Positions 40,880 through 53,472 of a stretch of DNA of 64,000 nucleotides are shown one piece after another. This stretch comes from Vicugna vicugna (lineage: Eukaryota). The DNA lies in contig MU058781.1 of NCBI GenBank assembly GCA_013265495.1, positions 6,786,522 through 6,850,521 of the forward strand. The letters run 5' to 3'. The position numbers were made by a program, and so were the translations under genes. Position 1 is the first letter of the stretch, and every line of letters starts with the position of its first letter. Below the pieces are notes generated by a model. The model did no database searches and was not told the DNA's origin. It saw only the letters and a list, made by a program, of their open reading frames with translations.

Positions 40880-41562
40880 TGATTCTCCTTTCTGGAGGTG
40901 CATTAAGGAAGTGCGCCCCAGCTGCCTCATGATTCTAGTATCTGGAAGGGTTTTCTTCCTAGGGATGATGAAGGGGATAAAACTTAAAGTGGACCAGGCG
41001 TGGAGGACAAACCTAACCTGCTTCAGAGTTTTAGCCCTGCTAGCCCTGACACAGGCACTTTCACATCACCACCAGCATAAGAAACGAGCAGCCTGGATCC
41101 GTGTGGTCCAGGATGGGAGCTGCCCGATCTGGGGGTTTCACACAGAAGCCCATGAGCTCTCTTCTCCTCTCCAGCACTTCCTGTCACCCTTTTCAGGAAA
41201 GAGAGAGGTTGCAAAAGCTGGAGGGATTACCATTGGAAATCAATTCCGGTAAGGCTGGAAAGGAATCTGTACTTCCTTTGCATCACTTTACATACAGTAT
41301 CTGTATCTGTTTGGTTGACAAAGAGGAACGGAATTCCTTTTCGCTGATATTTCTTATCAGTTCATTTTTCTCTGTTCCTGGAAAACATCTAGCATTTTCT
41401 GCCTCAGACTATGAAGTTCTCTGCTTTGACCTCTGCCATGTTCAAAAGCTTAGCAAAATGTAATTCTCCTTAGGTGAAACCGTTAAAAAAAAAAAAAAGT
41501 TTTACTATGAAAAAAATTTTAAAGACAAAAATAGAAAGAATAGTATAATGGTTTAATATGCC

Positions 41563-42024
41563 AGTAGCGGACTGAATGGTGCTCCCACCCTGTCCCCAAA
41601 GCACGTCTATGCTCTAACCCTGGGAATCCATGAGTGTGACCTTATTTGGAAAAAGGCTCTTTGCAGATGGAATTAAGTTGAGGATCTTGAGATGGGATCA
41701 TCCTGGGTGATCCAGCAGGCCCTAAATCAATGAGAAGTATCCTCCTAAGAGACAGAAGAAGAGAGACAGACACAGGGAAGAGATCATGTGACTATGGAAA
41801 CAGAGATCGGAGGGATGTAGCCACAGGCCAAGGAAAGCCAGGAGCCACGGGAGCTGGGAGAGGCAAGGAAGGATTCTCCCCTAGAGCCTCCAGAGGGAAT
41901 GTGGCCCTGCTGACACCTTGATTTCAGACTTCTGGTCTCCAAAATTTTAAGAGAATAAATTTCCATTGTTTTAAGTCCCCAAGTTCAGAGTCATCTGTTA
42001 CAGCAGCCATAGGAAATGAGCACA
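41563..42024 (+). mobile_element. MLT1B/C-type MaLR LTR, near full length
   Basis: gtgtgaccttatttggaaaaagg...gaggcaaggaaggattctcccctagagcctccagaggga...gagaataaatttccattgttttaag...ttacagcagccataggaaa. Confidence 0.85.
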
Positions 42025-42151
42025 CCCCGAAGCCCAACACGCAGATTCAAAAGCACAATTATATCCTACTTGCTTATTCTTTCTCTTCCTTTCTTTTGTG
42101 CTCTCTCTTTCTTCTAAAGTGTTTTAAAGCAAACTCCAAATATCGTGCTGG

Positions 42152-42187
42152 GCATTGGTGGTTCAGTGGTAGAATTCTCACCTGCCA
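42152..42187 (+). pseudogene. tRNA-Gly(GCC) 5'-half tailless retropseudogene
   Basis: GCATTGGTGGTTCAGTGGTAGAATTCTCACCTGCCA matches the recalled mammalian tRNA-Gly-GCC 5' half at 35/36 nt and stops just after the anticodon. No T-arm, no poly(A). Direct repeats ccaaatatcgtg (42136) / ccaaatatcatg (42185). Confidence 0.88.
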
Positions 42188-43919
42188 AATATCATGGCCT
42201 TTCACCCCTATATGCTTTAGGATACAACTCAGAATTTATGGACATTCAAAATTTTAACCACATTGCCATTATAACAACTACTAAATAGCAACTAACTAAA
42301 TAAAAATAAGTTGGTGGTATCCAAAATGTCTTTTAATATTTTCCTTTAATTCAACCTCTGAAATCTTATTAGACATCATTCCTCTTTGAATTACCCTTCA
42401 TTTTCTAGAAAAGAATTGCCTGGGAGTAAATGAATTTTTACAGGTTTTGGCTTGTAGGTATATGGGTGTTCCTCCCCACTTGAGGACGAAAAATTCTTGG
42501 AATTCTTTCTCTAGTTAAAAATAAAGACTTCTTTTTCCTTTACAATATGAGCTTTTGTCCAGGATTGACTTTCAGAAGCTTCACTTCAAAGTCATGCTGG
42601 AGGTGGACAAAAATACAGTCATGATAGAGAAGAGCAAGCTGGATTCTAATATCTTTTCCCCAAATGTAGAAGAGTATTGCTCTGAAAAATGAAATAAGAT
42701 GGAAAAAGAGGTGAATACCAGAAAATTAAACTCTATGTTGGATTTTTTAAAGGGTCCTTTCTAAGTTTCTCTTTTCTCTAAAAAATGTCTCCACCAGCCG
42801 AAAAATGAAAAATTCTGTGCTCTGAATAATTGCATTTGGCAGTCCTTTCAAAGAGAAGCGTGGTACCCGTGGGCTGTCTCATGTTTTCTCTTAGAGGGGT
42901 ATACTCCTTTGGCATTTTTCCTGTGATCCTAAAATTACTTTTTTCTTCTAAAGAGATTAATATTGAACCTTTCCTCTGCCCGCTAATAAAAGAGGTTAAG
43001 GGTAAATTATTCTTATGAAGAGAGGATCCACAACCCTTTAGGGAATATGTTGTGAGAAGTACAGTTAGGATCCTTTGAAAAATGTACTCTCCATATCCTG
43101 AATTACTATCTTAGAAGCTTCTTCATGCTAAGGTACCCATGTTACAGTTTAAATACTCTTTGGAAAGGTCATACCTTTGCTTATTCTGAGATGTGCTGCT
43201 GATACAAGCAAGACAGGCAAGATTACTGAGGCGGACCAGTAGCTGAGACTTAGACTTAAAAAAATTGGGTGCTAAATATTTTGGGGAGAAGGAAGAGGGA
43301 GTTGTGCCATAAGAAGTAGAGGAAGTCAGTCTGGAAAACAAAGAAGTGTGAGGATTCCAGAAATAAAATCCTGCAGATTCTTCTTCCTTTGTTCCCCCTT
43401 CAAACCCCATGGCCTGGGCTCAAGGCTGACTGGGCCATGAGAGTAGTTGCTAAATTCAACTTTTTCTGTCTGAAAACAGTGGAAGCTCATCATCTGAAGT
43501 GGGTTTAGATCTTGAGATCTAGCCAAGTGACTCCCCCTCCTTTGTCTCCACTCACATATATCCTATGAATAGCTTTCTTTCAACAAGGCAACTACACCAC
43601 CCTCCTCTAGACTTTGAAGCCCTTGATTTATGCAACTTGTTGGTGCGTGCTTAAATGAAACCCTTGGCAGAGTAGAAAAGCTTGTTCAAATCTCTTTTCT
43701 TGATAATATTTTCTTCTATCATAACCCAGTCAAGAGGAAGAAGGGCTGTATCTGGGAAGCACACGATTTATAGCATAAAGGGGCAAGAACTAAGAATGAT
43801 GCAGCTTGGGTTCCATCACTTACTTCGCTTCCTTGATGACTTCTGTTTTAGTGTCCTCAGCTCTCTACCAGAAGGAAGGGAGAATAGGTCAGCAGACGTC
43901 TTCCAAAATACAGGAGAGG

Positions 43920-46785
43920 TCCAGTTTCAGTGCCAACACATAAAATATTTGAAAGTCATCATCACTCCTGTCCTTATAACAACAACAAAAGAGATGAATA
44001 AATTTAAAATCAATGACTTTTCTTAGACCTAGCAGAGAGTGAGGTCAGAGGGCAAACCACTAGCCTAAAATCTGGAGCGATCTATGAACACCAAGAATGG
44101 CTGGGATAAGCTCACCTGGAACAGCAGCTGCTGGAGCCATAAACTGGGAGAAATACTTAAAGGTAATTTTGATGAATTGCTAAAGGTTGTGTGTGGATTA
44201 GCTTGAGAGTGAGAAACTCAAGGGGGTGTAGTCTCGGGGGACACCCCTCTCTACTTGCATGGGTTTTACTTCCAGGAACCCCACCAAATTCTCAAGAGGA
44301 AGATCTGAGAAATGTCACCTCATATTTCCCACAGTGAGAGGCGAAAAGGAACCATCCTGAAGCTCACCTAGGGTATTTTCCAGGAGAAAGTCCTGTTCTC
44401 TAAGGTAGCAACTTGACTAGAGCCTTATCTACCTGGAGGAGGAGCAATCAGCTAACTCCAGTCCCACCTCCACCCCAGCCCTCTTTTTCCCCCAAGGGGA
44501 AGAGAAAAAAGGATAAGAAACATTTCTGAAGGTCACGGCCCAGGGACCCAGGCCCAATAAAAGAAGGAGATTTAATTATAAGATTATAGAGTATTTCCCC
44601 TCCTCCACACCTTACCATCGAATCAACAGGGCTCCCACATGATAACAACAGGTTACAGCTAAAGCAAGTGAAAGACACAGACTCCATTTAAGTTCTTAGG
44701 GCAACCCAAAGAGAACAGGAGAGGAAAGAAACAAGACACCAGAGGAAACTGTAGCCTCATGGCTACAGAAAACATCAGACACCCCAGTTCCAAGCCAGAT
44801 TAGGATAAAATCTCACAGTAAGTCTTATTTGCTGCAATTCTTATTATCTGAAATATCAAGTCCCACTTTCAGCAAAAAATGACGAGTCATGCTAAAAGGC
44901 AAAGAAAAAACAGACTAACTAAGCAGGAAAATCAGACTCAGATATGACACAGATTTTGAAATTATCAGATAGGGAATTTGATATAACAATGATTAATACA
45001 GCAATGTCTTTAATGAAAAAAGTAGACAACAAGCAAGAATATATGGGTAATGGAAGCAGAGAGTTGGAAAACCTAAGGAAGAATTAAAAGGAAATGACAG
45101 AAATCAAAAGCACTAACAAAGGATGCTTTTAATGGGCTCATCAGTTGACTGGACATAGCTGAGGGAAGAATCAGTGAACTTGAAGATGTGTCATAAAAAC
45201 TTCCTAAGCTGAAATGTAAAGAGAAAAGTAAGAAGTTTAGAAAAGAACAGAATATGCCAGAACTGTGAGAAAACTGCAAAAGTTGTAACATGTGTGTAAC
45301 TGGAACACCAGAAAGAGAAGAGAGAAAAGAGGAAGGGGCAGAAGAAATATTTGAAGTTATAATGGGTGAGAATTTCCCCATATTAATGACAGACATGAAA
45401 CTACTGATCCAGGGAGCTCAGAGAACATGAAGCAAGATAAATACCAAAAATCTGTATCTAAGTATATCATATTCAAACTGCAGAAAAGCAGAGACACAGA
45501 AAATCTTATAAGAAGCCAGAGAGGCGAAAACCTCTTACTTATAGAGGAGCAAAGATAGGAATTATATCTGACTTTCATCAGAATCCATGCAAACAAGAAG
45601 AAAGTGGAGTGAAATATTTAAAGTGTTGAAAGAAAACCCCCAACAACCTATAATTCCATATCCAGGGAAACTATCCTTCAAAAGTGAAGGATTAAAAAAA
45701 GACTGACTCAGACAAACGAAAAAATGAGGGAATTAATCACCAGTCAACCTGCCTGTCAGAAATACTAAAAGTAGTTCTTCAGAGAGAAAGAAAATGATAT
45801 AGGTCAGAAACTCAGAGCTACATAAAGAAAGGAAGAATACCGGAGAGGGATAAATGAAGGTAAAGTAAGATCTCTTATTTTTCTTATTCTTAATTTATCT
45901 AATAGATAACGGTACACAGTAATAAAAGTAACACGGTATTAGATGATTATAGCATATAGATCAGTGAAATCAATGACAGCAATATTACAAAGGAAGGAAT
46001 CAGAAGTACTCTATGAAAAGCTACCTGCACTGTCCCGGAATCTGTGTAGCATTATTTGAAAGTGGACTTAAGTCAGCTGCAAATATGTATTGCAAAGTCT
46101 AGGGTATCTACTAAAAAAAAATTTAAAGGAAGTATAATTGATATGCTAAGAGAGGAGAGAAAATGGAATCAAATAAATGCTCAGTTAAAACTAGAGAAGA
46201 CAGAAAAATAAGGCAAGATTAAAAAAACAAAAAAGAACAAGTGCAACAAACAGAAAACAGTGGCAAACATGGTGGACACCAATCCAAATATGCCAATAAT
46301 CATTCTATATGTGAATGGTCTAAATAACACCGATCAAAAGTCACAGACTGTCACAGTGGATTACAAAATAAGACCCAGGAAACCTACTTTAGGTATAAAG
46401 ACAGAGACAGGTGAAAAGTAAAGGGGCAAAGAAAGATAAACCCATGGGGACACTCATCACAAGGAAGCTGGGGTAGCATATGAATTTCTGACTATAAAAC
46501 AAGGAAAATTATCATGGAATTAGGTATTATATGATAAGGAGCTACTTCTTTAAGAAGGCATAACGACCCTTAATGTCTATGTGCCTGAAACCAGAGAGCC
46601 AAAATACACGGGGCAAAAACTGACAGACCTGCCAAGAGAAACAGACGAATCCACTATTCTATTTGGAGGCATCAACACCCCTCCATCAGTAGTTAGTTGA
46701 CCCAGCAGGCAGAAAATCAGTAAGGACATAGCTGAGCTCAACAGCACCATCAATCAACTGGACCCAGTCGGTATTTACAAGATAC
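43920..46785 (+). mobile_element. Old L1M 5' region (5'UTR, degraded ORF1, start of the ORF2 endonuclease)
   Basis: ORF1-like motifs (gaagaaatatttgaag...gagaatttccc; tatccagggaaactatccttcaaaagtgaagg) and the endonuclease start (atatgtgaatggtctaaataacaccgatcaaaag...cagtggat; ttggaggcatcaacacccct); many stops and frameshifts. Confidence 0.8.
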
Positions 46786-49159
46786 AGTTTACCTGACTTT
46801 AAACGAAATTGGAAATATGCAAAAACATCCTTAAGAAAACCAGAAAGTTTAGATGCGATCATTCAATATACAAAAGAATTCTTCAATTTACCGAAGTGTG
46901 TGTCTACTCTTTATTGTATCTAATAATTTTTACAGATTTCCTTTAAACATTTAAATGATGAACCCATTTAGAAATTTCCAGTTTGCCTTATCAGACATCA
47001 AATGGTGAAATAAATCATCATAACCCCCAAAGGTATTTGGAAAAGTGAACTTTAGAAGCACCAGTGGATGTCAGGTGATGTGAGCAGCATACAGGCTCCT
47101 AAGGAACTCTCGCCAAAAGGCTTATGTTGTAATTTGTGGGGGTTTTCGAGGGGTTTTCGAGGGGAAGGAGACAGTGACAGAGGGATAAGCTTCCTCCAAA
47201 CCCAAGGTCCCACTTTTTTAGTGGCAATTAGGGAAGAGAGTGCTTAGAATGGTCCTTCTCCAGGGCGTCCCCGCTTGCCAGGCTGCTTTTGTCTTGTTAA
47301 CGCCTGACCTTCATTCATTCTTCCAATAACATTTACTGAGCACCTGCTGTGGGCCAGGCACTGCCCCAGATGCCCCAGACTCTCACATCAATTGGTGGGT
47401 CATTAACATCAATATATACATCAAAATCATGATGACAGATTAGAAAAAAATGAAAATTCTCAGCACGAGTTGTTCACTCAATTTTATGTGTATTTATCAA
47501 CCATATGATTCTCAGTCGGATGGAATGGAGGTCAGAGTGAATCAAAGCCAGCTCTTTATCTATTTCCTCCCCTCTTCCTGTTCCCTGGCAGCCGGGAAGC
47601 AGAAGTCATAACTTAGCTAGCTGGGCCTTTTTTTCTGAAGAACTTAATGAAAGTTTCATTAAATTCTTATTCAACTTTTCTTTGTATTAAACTTCCATTA
47701 AGTTTTCCCAGCCGCCTCGAATCCTTGGCAAGCTTCCTCTAGGACTTTAGGCAACTGTACTCATTCATTCCTTCATCCTTTCAGTCCTCACTAAGTGCAA
47801 GATGCTGTTTTGGGGATTATCCAAAATGCGAAAATAAATAAGCCTCAGCCGTTGCCCTTTCATACTTGGCAGTTTATCATTTCCTTCCAAACTGTTCCTG
47901 CAAGGTTGTTACTTGAGTCCTGCATTTCACAAATTTGGTTACTTTCACTTAATTATGTTTTCTTCCTCACTTTTCACGTCTTTTGGAAGCACCGTCTGTG
48001 ATATGGGAATAATAATCTGTCTTTGAATGTGTATTTGTAATTCCACAGTCACCAAAAACCAAACCAAAACAAAACCCTCCTTGGCACAGACTTAAGAACT
48101 GGAAGATCTGGGTGTGAGTCCCATCTATACCTGTGTAGCCTTGGACCAAATGCTTAACCTCTCTGAGTCTCAGTTACTTTGCCTGTAAAATAGGACTAAA
48201 TATTTCTGTTTTACCTATTACATGGTTGTATGTGTATGTGTATCAGATGAGCAAAGGTACCTGCAATCATTTTCTACAATATAAAAAGATACACAGACGT
48301 AAGTTATTATTATTAAAACTTTGTAATGGAACCAACATCAGGGTTTGATGATGTGTGCAATACAAATGCCATAGAAATAGTAACTAAGGGCAGAATTTGG
48401 CCCAGGGCACTTAGCTACAGCATTTTTTGGTTTTGGTTTTTTTAAGGGCAGAAGGAAAAAAAATCAAAGACTTTTATTCAAAGCAGAAAACTTACAAACA
48501 AGAGTCAACACTTGCCAAGAACACGATTCCTAAGTGGATCTCCTTGAGGGAAATTCAGAGCAAGAAGGCAAGCTTCAGAGAGTAGAAACTGAAAGAGAAA
48601 AGTCTTTAATGTTATCATCTTCCTCCTCCACCCTTGCTTAGAATTCCTTATCTAATCAACTGGAGACACACATCTTAACAGTCAAACAATAAAAATGAGA
48701 TGCAGTTTAATTATGGATCATTACAGAGACCAGAGAAACATTCAGGTCAGGTGCCTATCACAGCGTCCAGAGGGCACTAGACTCCACTTTCACTTCTAAG
48801 GGAGCTACAAATAAAATAGCTTCTCCCCGGACTTCCGAAGTGTTTTGTGGTTAAACCTGGTTAAAACACAGTGCCTAAAAATTACATTTTATCCACCGAA
48901 TCTAGCAAAGAAGCAAAGTTTCTGCTCAGTTCTCCTGTTATGAATCAGCAAGGAAAAGGGAAGGCCGTGAAGTGGGGGAAGGAAGGACTCCAGCCACTCC
49001 TAATTCTTCCAGCTTGGACTCCTGTGTGTGACGGCTGGTTCCAGAAAAGCAGAAATAGGAGAGGTTAGTGGAAGTCTGCTTGGTGTAAGAGATAAAATGA
49101 GAAGTGGTGAGAATTAGAGAATACAAACTACTTCAATTAAAAACGAAGAAGAAAACCTC

Positions 49160-49880
49160 AGGCCTATTAGATTGGCTACTATCAAAACAACAATAACAAA
49201 AATAAAATGTTAGAGAAGGTGTGGAGAAATTAGAACCATTGTGCATTGTTGGTGGGAATGTAAAATGATGCCAGTCCTACGGAAATAGTACGGTGATTCC
49301 TCAAGCAATTTAAAATAGAATTACCATATGACCCAGCAATCCCATTTCTGGGCATATGTCCAAAAGAATTGAAAACAGGATCTCAAAGAGATTTTTGCAC
49401 ACTTATATCCATAGCAGCATTAGTCACAATAGCCAAGAGGTAGAAGAAGCAACCCAGTCCGTGTCCGTTGACCGATGAATGGATAAGGAGAATACATGCT
49501 GTATATATACGTTGGAATCTCATTCAGCCTTAAAAAGGAAGGAAATCCCGTCACATGCTACAACACGGATGGATCTTGAGGACATTATGCTAAGTGAAAT
49601 AAGCCAGTCACAAAAAAAGACAAATGCTGTATGATTCCACTTACATGCGGCACCTAGAGTCGTTGGATTCACAGACAGACAAGAACAGGGAGGAGGCAGT
49701 AGAGGGAAATTGTTTAATAGGGCCCACGTTTTAGTTTTGCACAATGAAAACGTTCTGGAGCTCTCTTGCACAACCGTGTGAACAGGCTTAACGCTAACGA
49801 GCTGCACACTTAAAAATTGTTAAGATGATAAAAACTGATATGGCAGGTGCTTTTAATGCAATGAAAAATTTTTTAAGTAT
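49160..49880 (+). mobile_element. L1MA/L1MB-type LINE 3' fragment
   Basis: cattgttggtgggaatgtaaaatg...ttaccatatgacccagcaatccca...cattatgctaagtgaaataagccagtcacaaaa. Confidence 0.85.
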
Positions 49881-50872
49881 TTCAAAGGAAAAAGAGAAGA
49901 AAAGAAAAACCTACCTGAAACCTCACTGCCCAGATTCACCTTACACTAATGACCAAGACCTACGCTTATAAGGTTCCCATGCCTGTAAGGTCCAAACCCT
50001 TTCAAACAGCATTCGAGCATTCTCGGAGGTGGGCCCAGTGACCCGTCCCTTCAACCTTGCCTTCTGCCACCTCTCACAAGCCTCGCGTTCCACATCCCTG
50101 CCCTACGCACTCACCTCCACACGCCTTCTCACTCGATGGCCCTTCCGCGCAGCACCCTCCCTTCATGTCTGCCAGACAAGGTCCAGATCCATTCAGATGT
50201 CCTGCTGAGCTTGCCCTCATCGCCTGGTTTCGCTAAGTTTGTGGTTTTGTCACCCATCATGTCCTGCGCTGTGTGCTACGTGTTTGTGAACACACCTTCT
50301 CTGAGTGGCGGGCAGCTCTCCACAGGCAGGGTTGGTGCCTCAGTCACCGGGCATCTTCACAGCACCCGTAGCCAACAAACGTTTCGTGTAACACAAGTCA
50401 CGTCACTCCCCTACCGAGGCTCCTCCAGGGGCCGCAGTGACTTTTATGATTATGTGACAACTGACTGATGTTTTCGCGTTGGCACACTCTTTAACCATTT
50501 CCTGTCAGAAATGAAAGCAAAGGTCATGTGGGGTGAGCGCTCAGTTAAGTCTTTAGATGCTGGCAGTGTGTAAACTGACTTTTTAGTCCATACGTGCCAT
50601 TAATTCTCACACTGCTTCGCAGGGAGCTGTTACACTGCAGCAGCAGGAATCCCGACTATTTGCTTCCTGTACTCCATTATGAGCCTCAGTCTTCTAGTCA
50701 GCCCTCTCCCAACATTTTATTGTGAAAAATTTTCAAAAGTATAAACAAACTGTAGAGAACTTTACAGTTAATCTCCATACACCTATCCCCTGGATTCTGC
50801 CATTGGCATTTTAGCATATTTGCTTTAATACTTAACTGTGCATCTATCCACCTCCAGTTTTCTCGGGGGCGT

Positions 50873-51380
50873 GGCTGGACACAGTGTACTTCACTGACGG
50901 CACATGACGAGGGGGGTTCTCTAGCCCTTCCCTGTCTTCAGGAAGTCTGGGATGCTAACTGTTGAGGATGGAGATTCTCAGGGTGTTGGGGAACTCAGGG
51001 CTTCTCTCTTCCTCTCATGATCTCACCGCGGCTCGTGGTCCAGGGGGCTGTTACTCCTCAGAGGCCATGTGGACCATAAGGCCTGCCACGCCGTTGCTGT
51101 AGCCCAATTCACTGTCATAGCAGGAAATAAGCTTGACTGGTCAGTTGTTGAGGGTAGTGCCAACCCTCGCATTGAAGGTGGGAGACTGGGTGCCACTGTT
51201 ACAGCTGCAGGAGATGACGTGGTCCTCAGTGTAGCCCCAGATGCTCTTTAGGGAGCCCTCTGATGCCTGCTTCACCATCTTCTTGATGTCCTTTTTGGCT
51301 GTCTTCTCTAGATGGCACGTTTGATCCATGACCAACATATTGGGGGTGGAGACATGGAAGACCAGCCAGTGAGCGTCCCA
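50873..51380 (-). pseudogene. GAPDH: 5'-truncated processed GAPDH pseudogene (C-terminal third of the CDS plus 3'UTR)
   Basis: The minus strand gives [37 protein letters not shown] and, after a frameshift, VKLISCYDSELGYSNGVAGLMVHMASEE* (stop 51051-51053), followed by a GAPDH-like 3'UTR. Contiguous across the last exon junction; degraded. Confidence 0.92.
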
Positions 51381-53299
51381 GACTCTTATTTCCCTGCAGG
51401 AAAATTTCCGAAAACTGCCACTTTTCTCGGCCTTTTCCATCAGTTCCTAAACGTGCGGAGGCATTTTGTGTGGGAGGAGTCAGTTGACTCAGATTCCTCT
51501 GTTTCTCAACATATTTGTATTAACGTAGACTCTCAACTCATGAAAATCTGTTCTCATGAGGAAGTGATTAAAAGAAATGTGGGAGAGTATTTCTGTGAAG
51601 CTGGGTCTGCCCTGAATGACAAAATATGTCACTTAAAATTCAGATATCGACAAGAAGAGGGAACTGTTTTCATCTGTTGGTTGGCCACGCCAAAGCATTT
51701 CACACCTCAGGGGGCTGTGCTCTGAACTGACAGGGAACCCCCTCCCTCAGAGGGTCATCACACCTATTCAAGAACTCCTCCTACTTTCCAGACACAACTT
51801 CAATAGATAGCCCCACTCCTTTCTCTTATCCTGCAATAATCAAATAAGATTGTTTCGGCCTTGTCAACTAAAAATATCCTCCCAACCGAGTCTCTAAATA
51901 TCAAGGAGTTACTGAATGCAGCTAGAAAGTCAAGTCTGAACTCTCTAAACTTGAAATGGGAAAAACAAGGACATTCTGCACAGGAGGGGAAGGTGGACGG
52001 GGTGAACTTCAGCTAATTTTACAGTCAGCGTGCTGGTCAGAAAGTGTACGGAGAGCAGCAGCCAAAAGACTTTTGAGGAAATAATGTCTTTGGAAAAACC
52101 TGCTCAGAAACAACAGGCTGATTGAGCCAGACGGAAATGGTTGACGGGGTCTCTGTGGTGGATGCAGATTTAGACTTTCATCTAGAACACTGCTATTTCC
52201 GCCCTCCTTGTCTTTGCTCAGGGTGGCTCTACTCGCCCTCATCCCTCCAAGGCTCTCTGTAGACGGAATTTCCTCCAGGAAGACTTCCCTGCTCTCTCCC
52301 ACTGCCCCGTCCTGAGTTGTGCCCATGATAATGATTAAGCACCGCTCCACAGTGACTGCTTCCCAAACTCACCAGGTGCCCATCTCTGAGTGTTTAAACA
52401 GACCGTCTGGTGCTGCTTCCTCCTACTGGACCGTAAGCTCCTTGGGAGCGGGTGTGATGCCTTATTCATCTTTAATCTTTGCATGTAGTTGCAGCTTCTT
52501 ACTAAACCTTTGTGGAGTGACTATCTGGCCTCGCTTCCTGATTGCCTTCCCAGGGAGATCGCCTTCCCAAGGACTGGCCACCACCGCCTCTCTGAGGCGG
52601 AGGATGTAAAGGCGGGGGGCACTGCCTGCACAAAGAGCTGAGAAAGTGAATGGAAACAGCAGCTGGTCAAAGCTCCATCTGAGCTGAAGGGGAACATTTG
52701 CTATCAGACCACACCCTTGGACTTGGCCAGTTCTCCTTCACTTGAGGGTGTGTCACTTCCTCTCGTCAGATGTCACACACCCCCACCCCAGCAGGAGGGA
52801 TTGTTTGCTTCTATTTTAAATGAGGCATGAAGCGGGTGCCTGGACGGTCTCTGAGCCTCCTACTGAGCGAAAGGCTTTCGTTACAGACATCATGGTATCT
52901 CAGTATCATGGATTTAAATGAACACAGGGTCTGAGGGTAAACAGGACATAGCCACACTGACTTTCATCAGCTCACAATCCCTCAGGCTTTCCTGACAGAT
53001 GCAGAAGTGGACAGACTCTGGGAGCTGACATAGGGATGGGCTTTCGGCTAGAAGTGGATTCAAGTTCTAGTTTCTCAGAGTTTTCAGGCAGGTCACTTAG
53101 CCTTGCTCAGTCTTCCGCTGATACCTTTAAAGTAGAGATTACAACACACCCAACTTTGCAGTATTGTTGTGAAGTTTAAATGATGTAATTTATATACAAG
53201 GTTCCTAAAAGGAGATAATTAATACATGTTCCCTCCTCTGCCTCTATACTTGTTTGGCTCAAGATCACTTACTCAGCAGCTGACCTCTGGCAACCTTCC

Positions 53300-53472
53300 T
53301 TTGAAAACTGCCGCTCCCTCCTCAGTGGCTTAAGAATCACCTTGTTACAAGGCAGCTTCCGGGTCCCACCTCTGGAGATTCTGGCACAGTGGGTCTGGGT
53401 TACAGCCCAGGAAGTTTCATTTGTAACAACTGTCCCAGGTAAGTCTGAGTCTGTTGTCCACACTTCCAGAAG
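53300..53472. mobile_element. MER5-type hAT element
   Basis: ttaagaatcacct...cttccgggtcccacctctggagattctggcacagtgggtctggg...tgtaacaactgtcccaggtaagtctga. Confidence 0.55.

Larger units (their letters stand above)
41500..42300 (-). mobile_element. Old L1 (L1MC-like) 3' end hosting an MLT1 LTR and the tRNA-half insertion
   Basis: ttactatgaaaaaaattttaaagacaaaaatagaaagaatagtataatg ... ttttaaagcaaa...tttcacccct...taaccacattgccattata resembles an antisense L1MC 3' end. Confidence 0.55.

Noticed and set aside
42152..42187. Functional tRNA-Gly gene
   Set aside because: It lacks the 3' half, including the B box and the acceptor-stem partner.
43920..46785. Active L1 or domesticated ORF1 gene
   Set aside because: No long open frame on the sense strand; heavily degraded.
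47139..47164. Short tandem duplications (ggggttttcga x2; also agtcaggtgaagg x2 near 1242 and cgggagtggtcc x2 near 11879)
   Set aside because: Two-copy slippage events with no spacers or other structure; not CRISPR-like.
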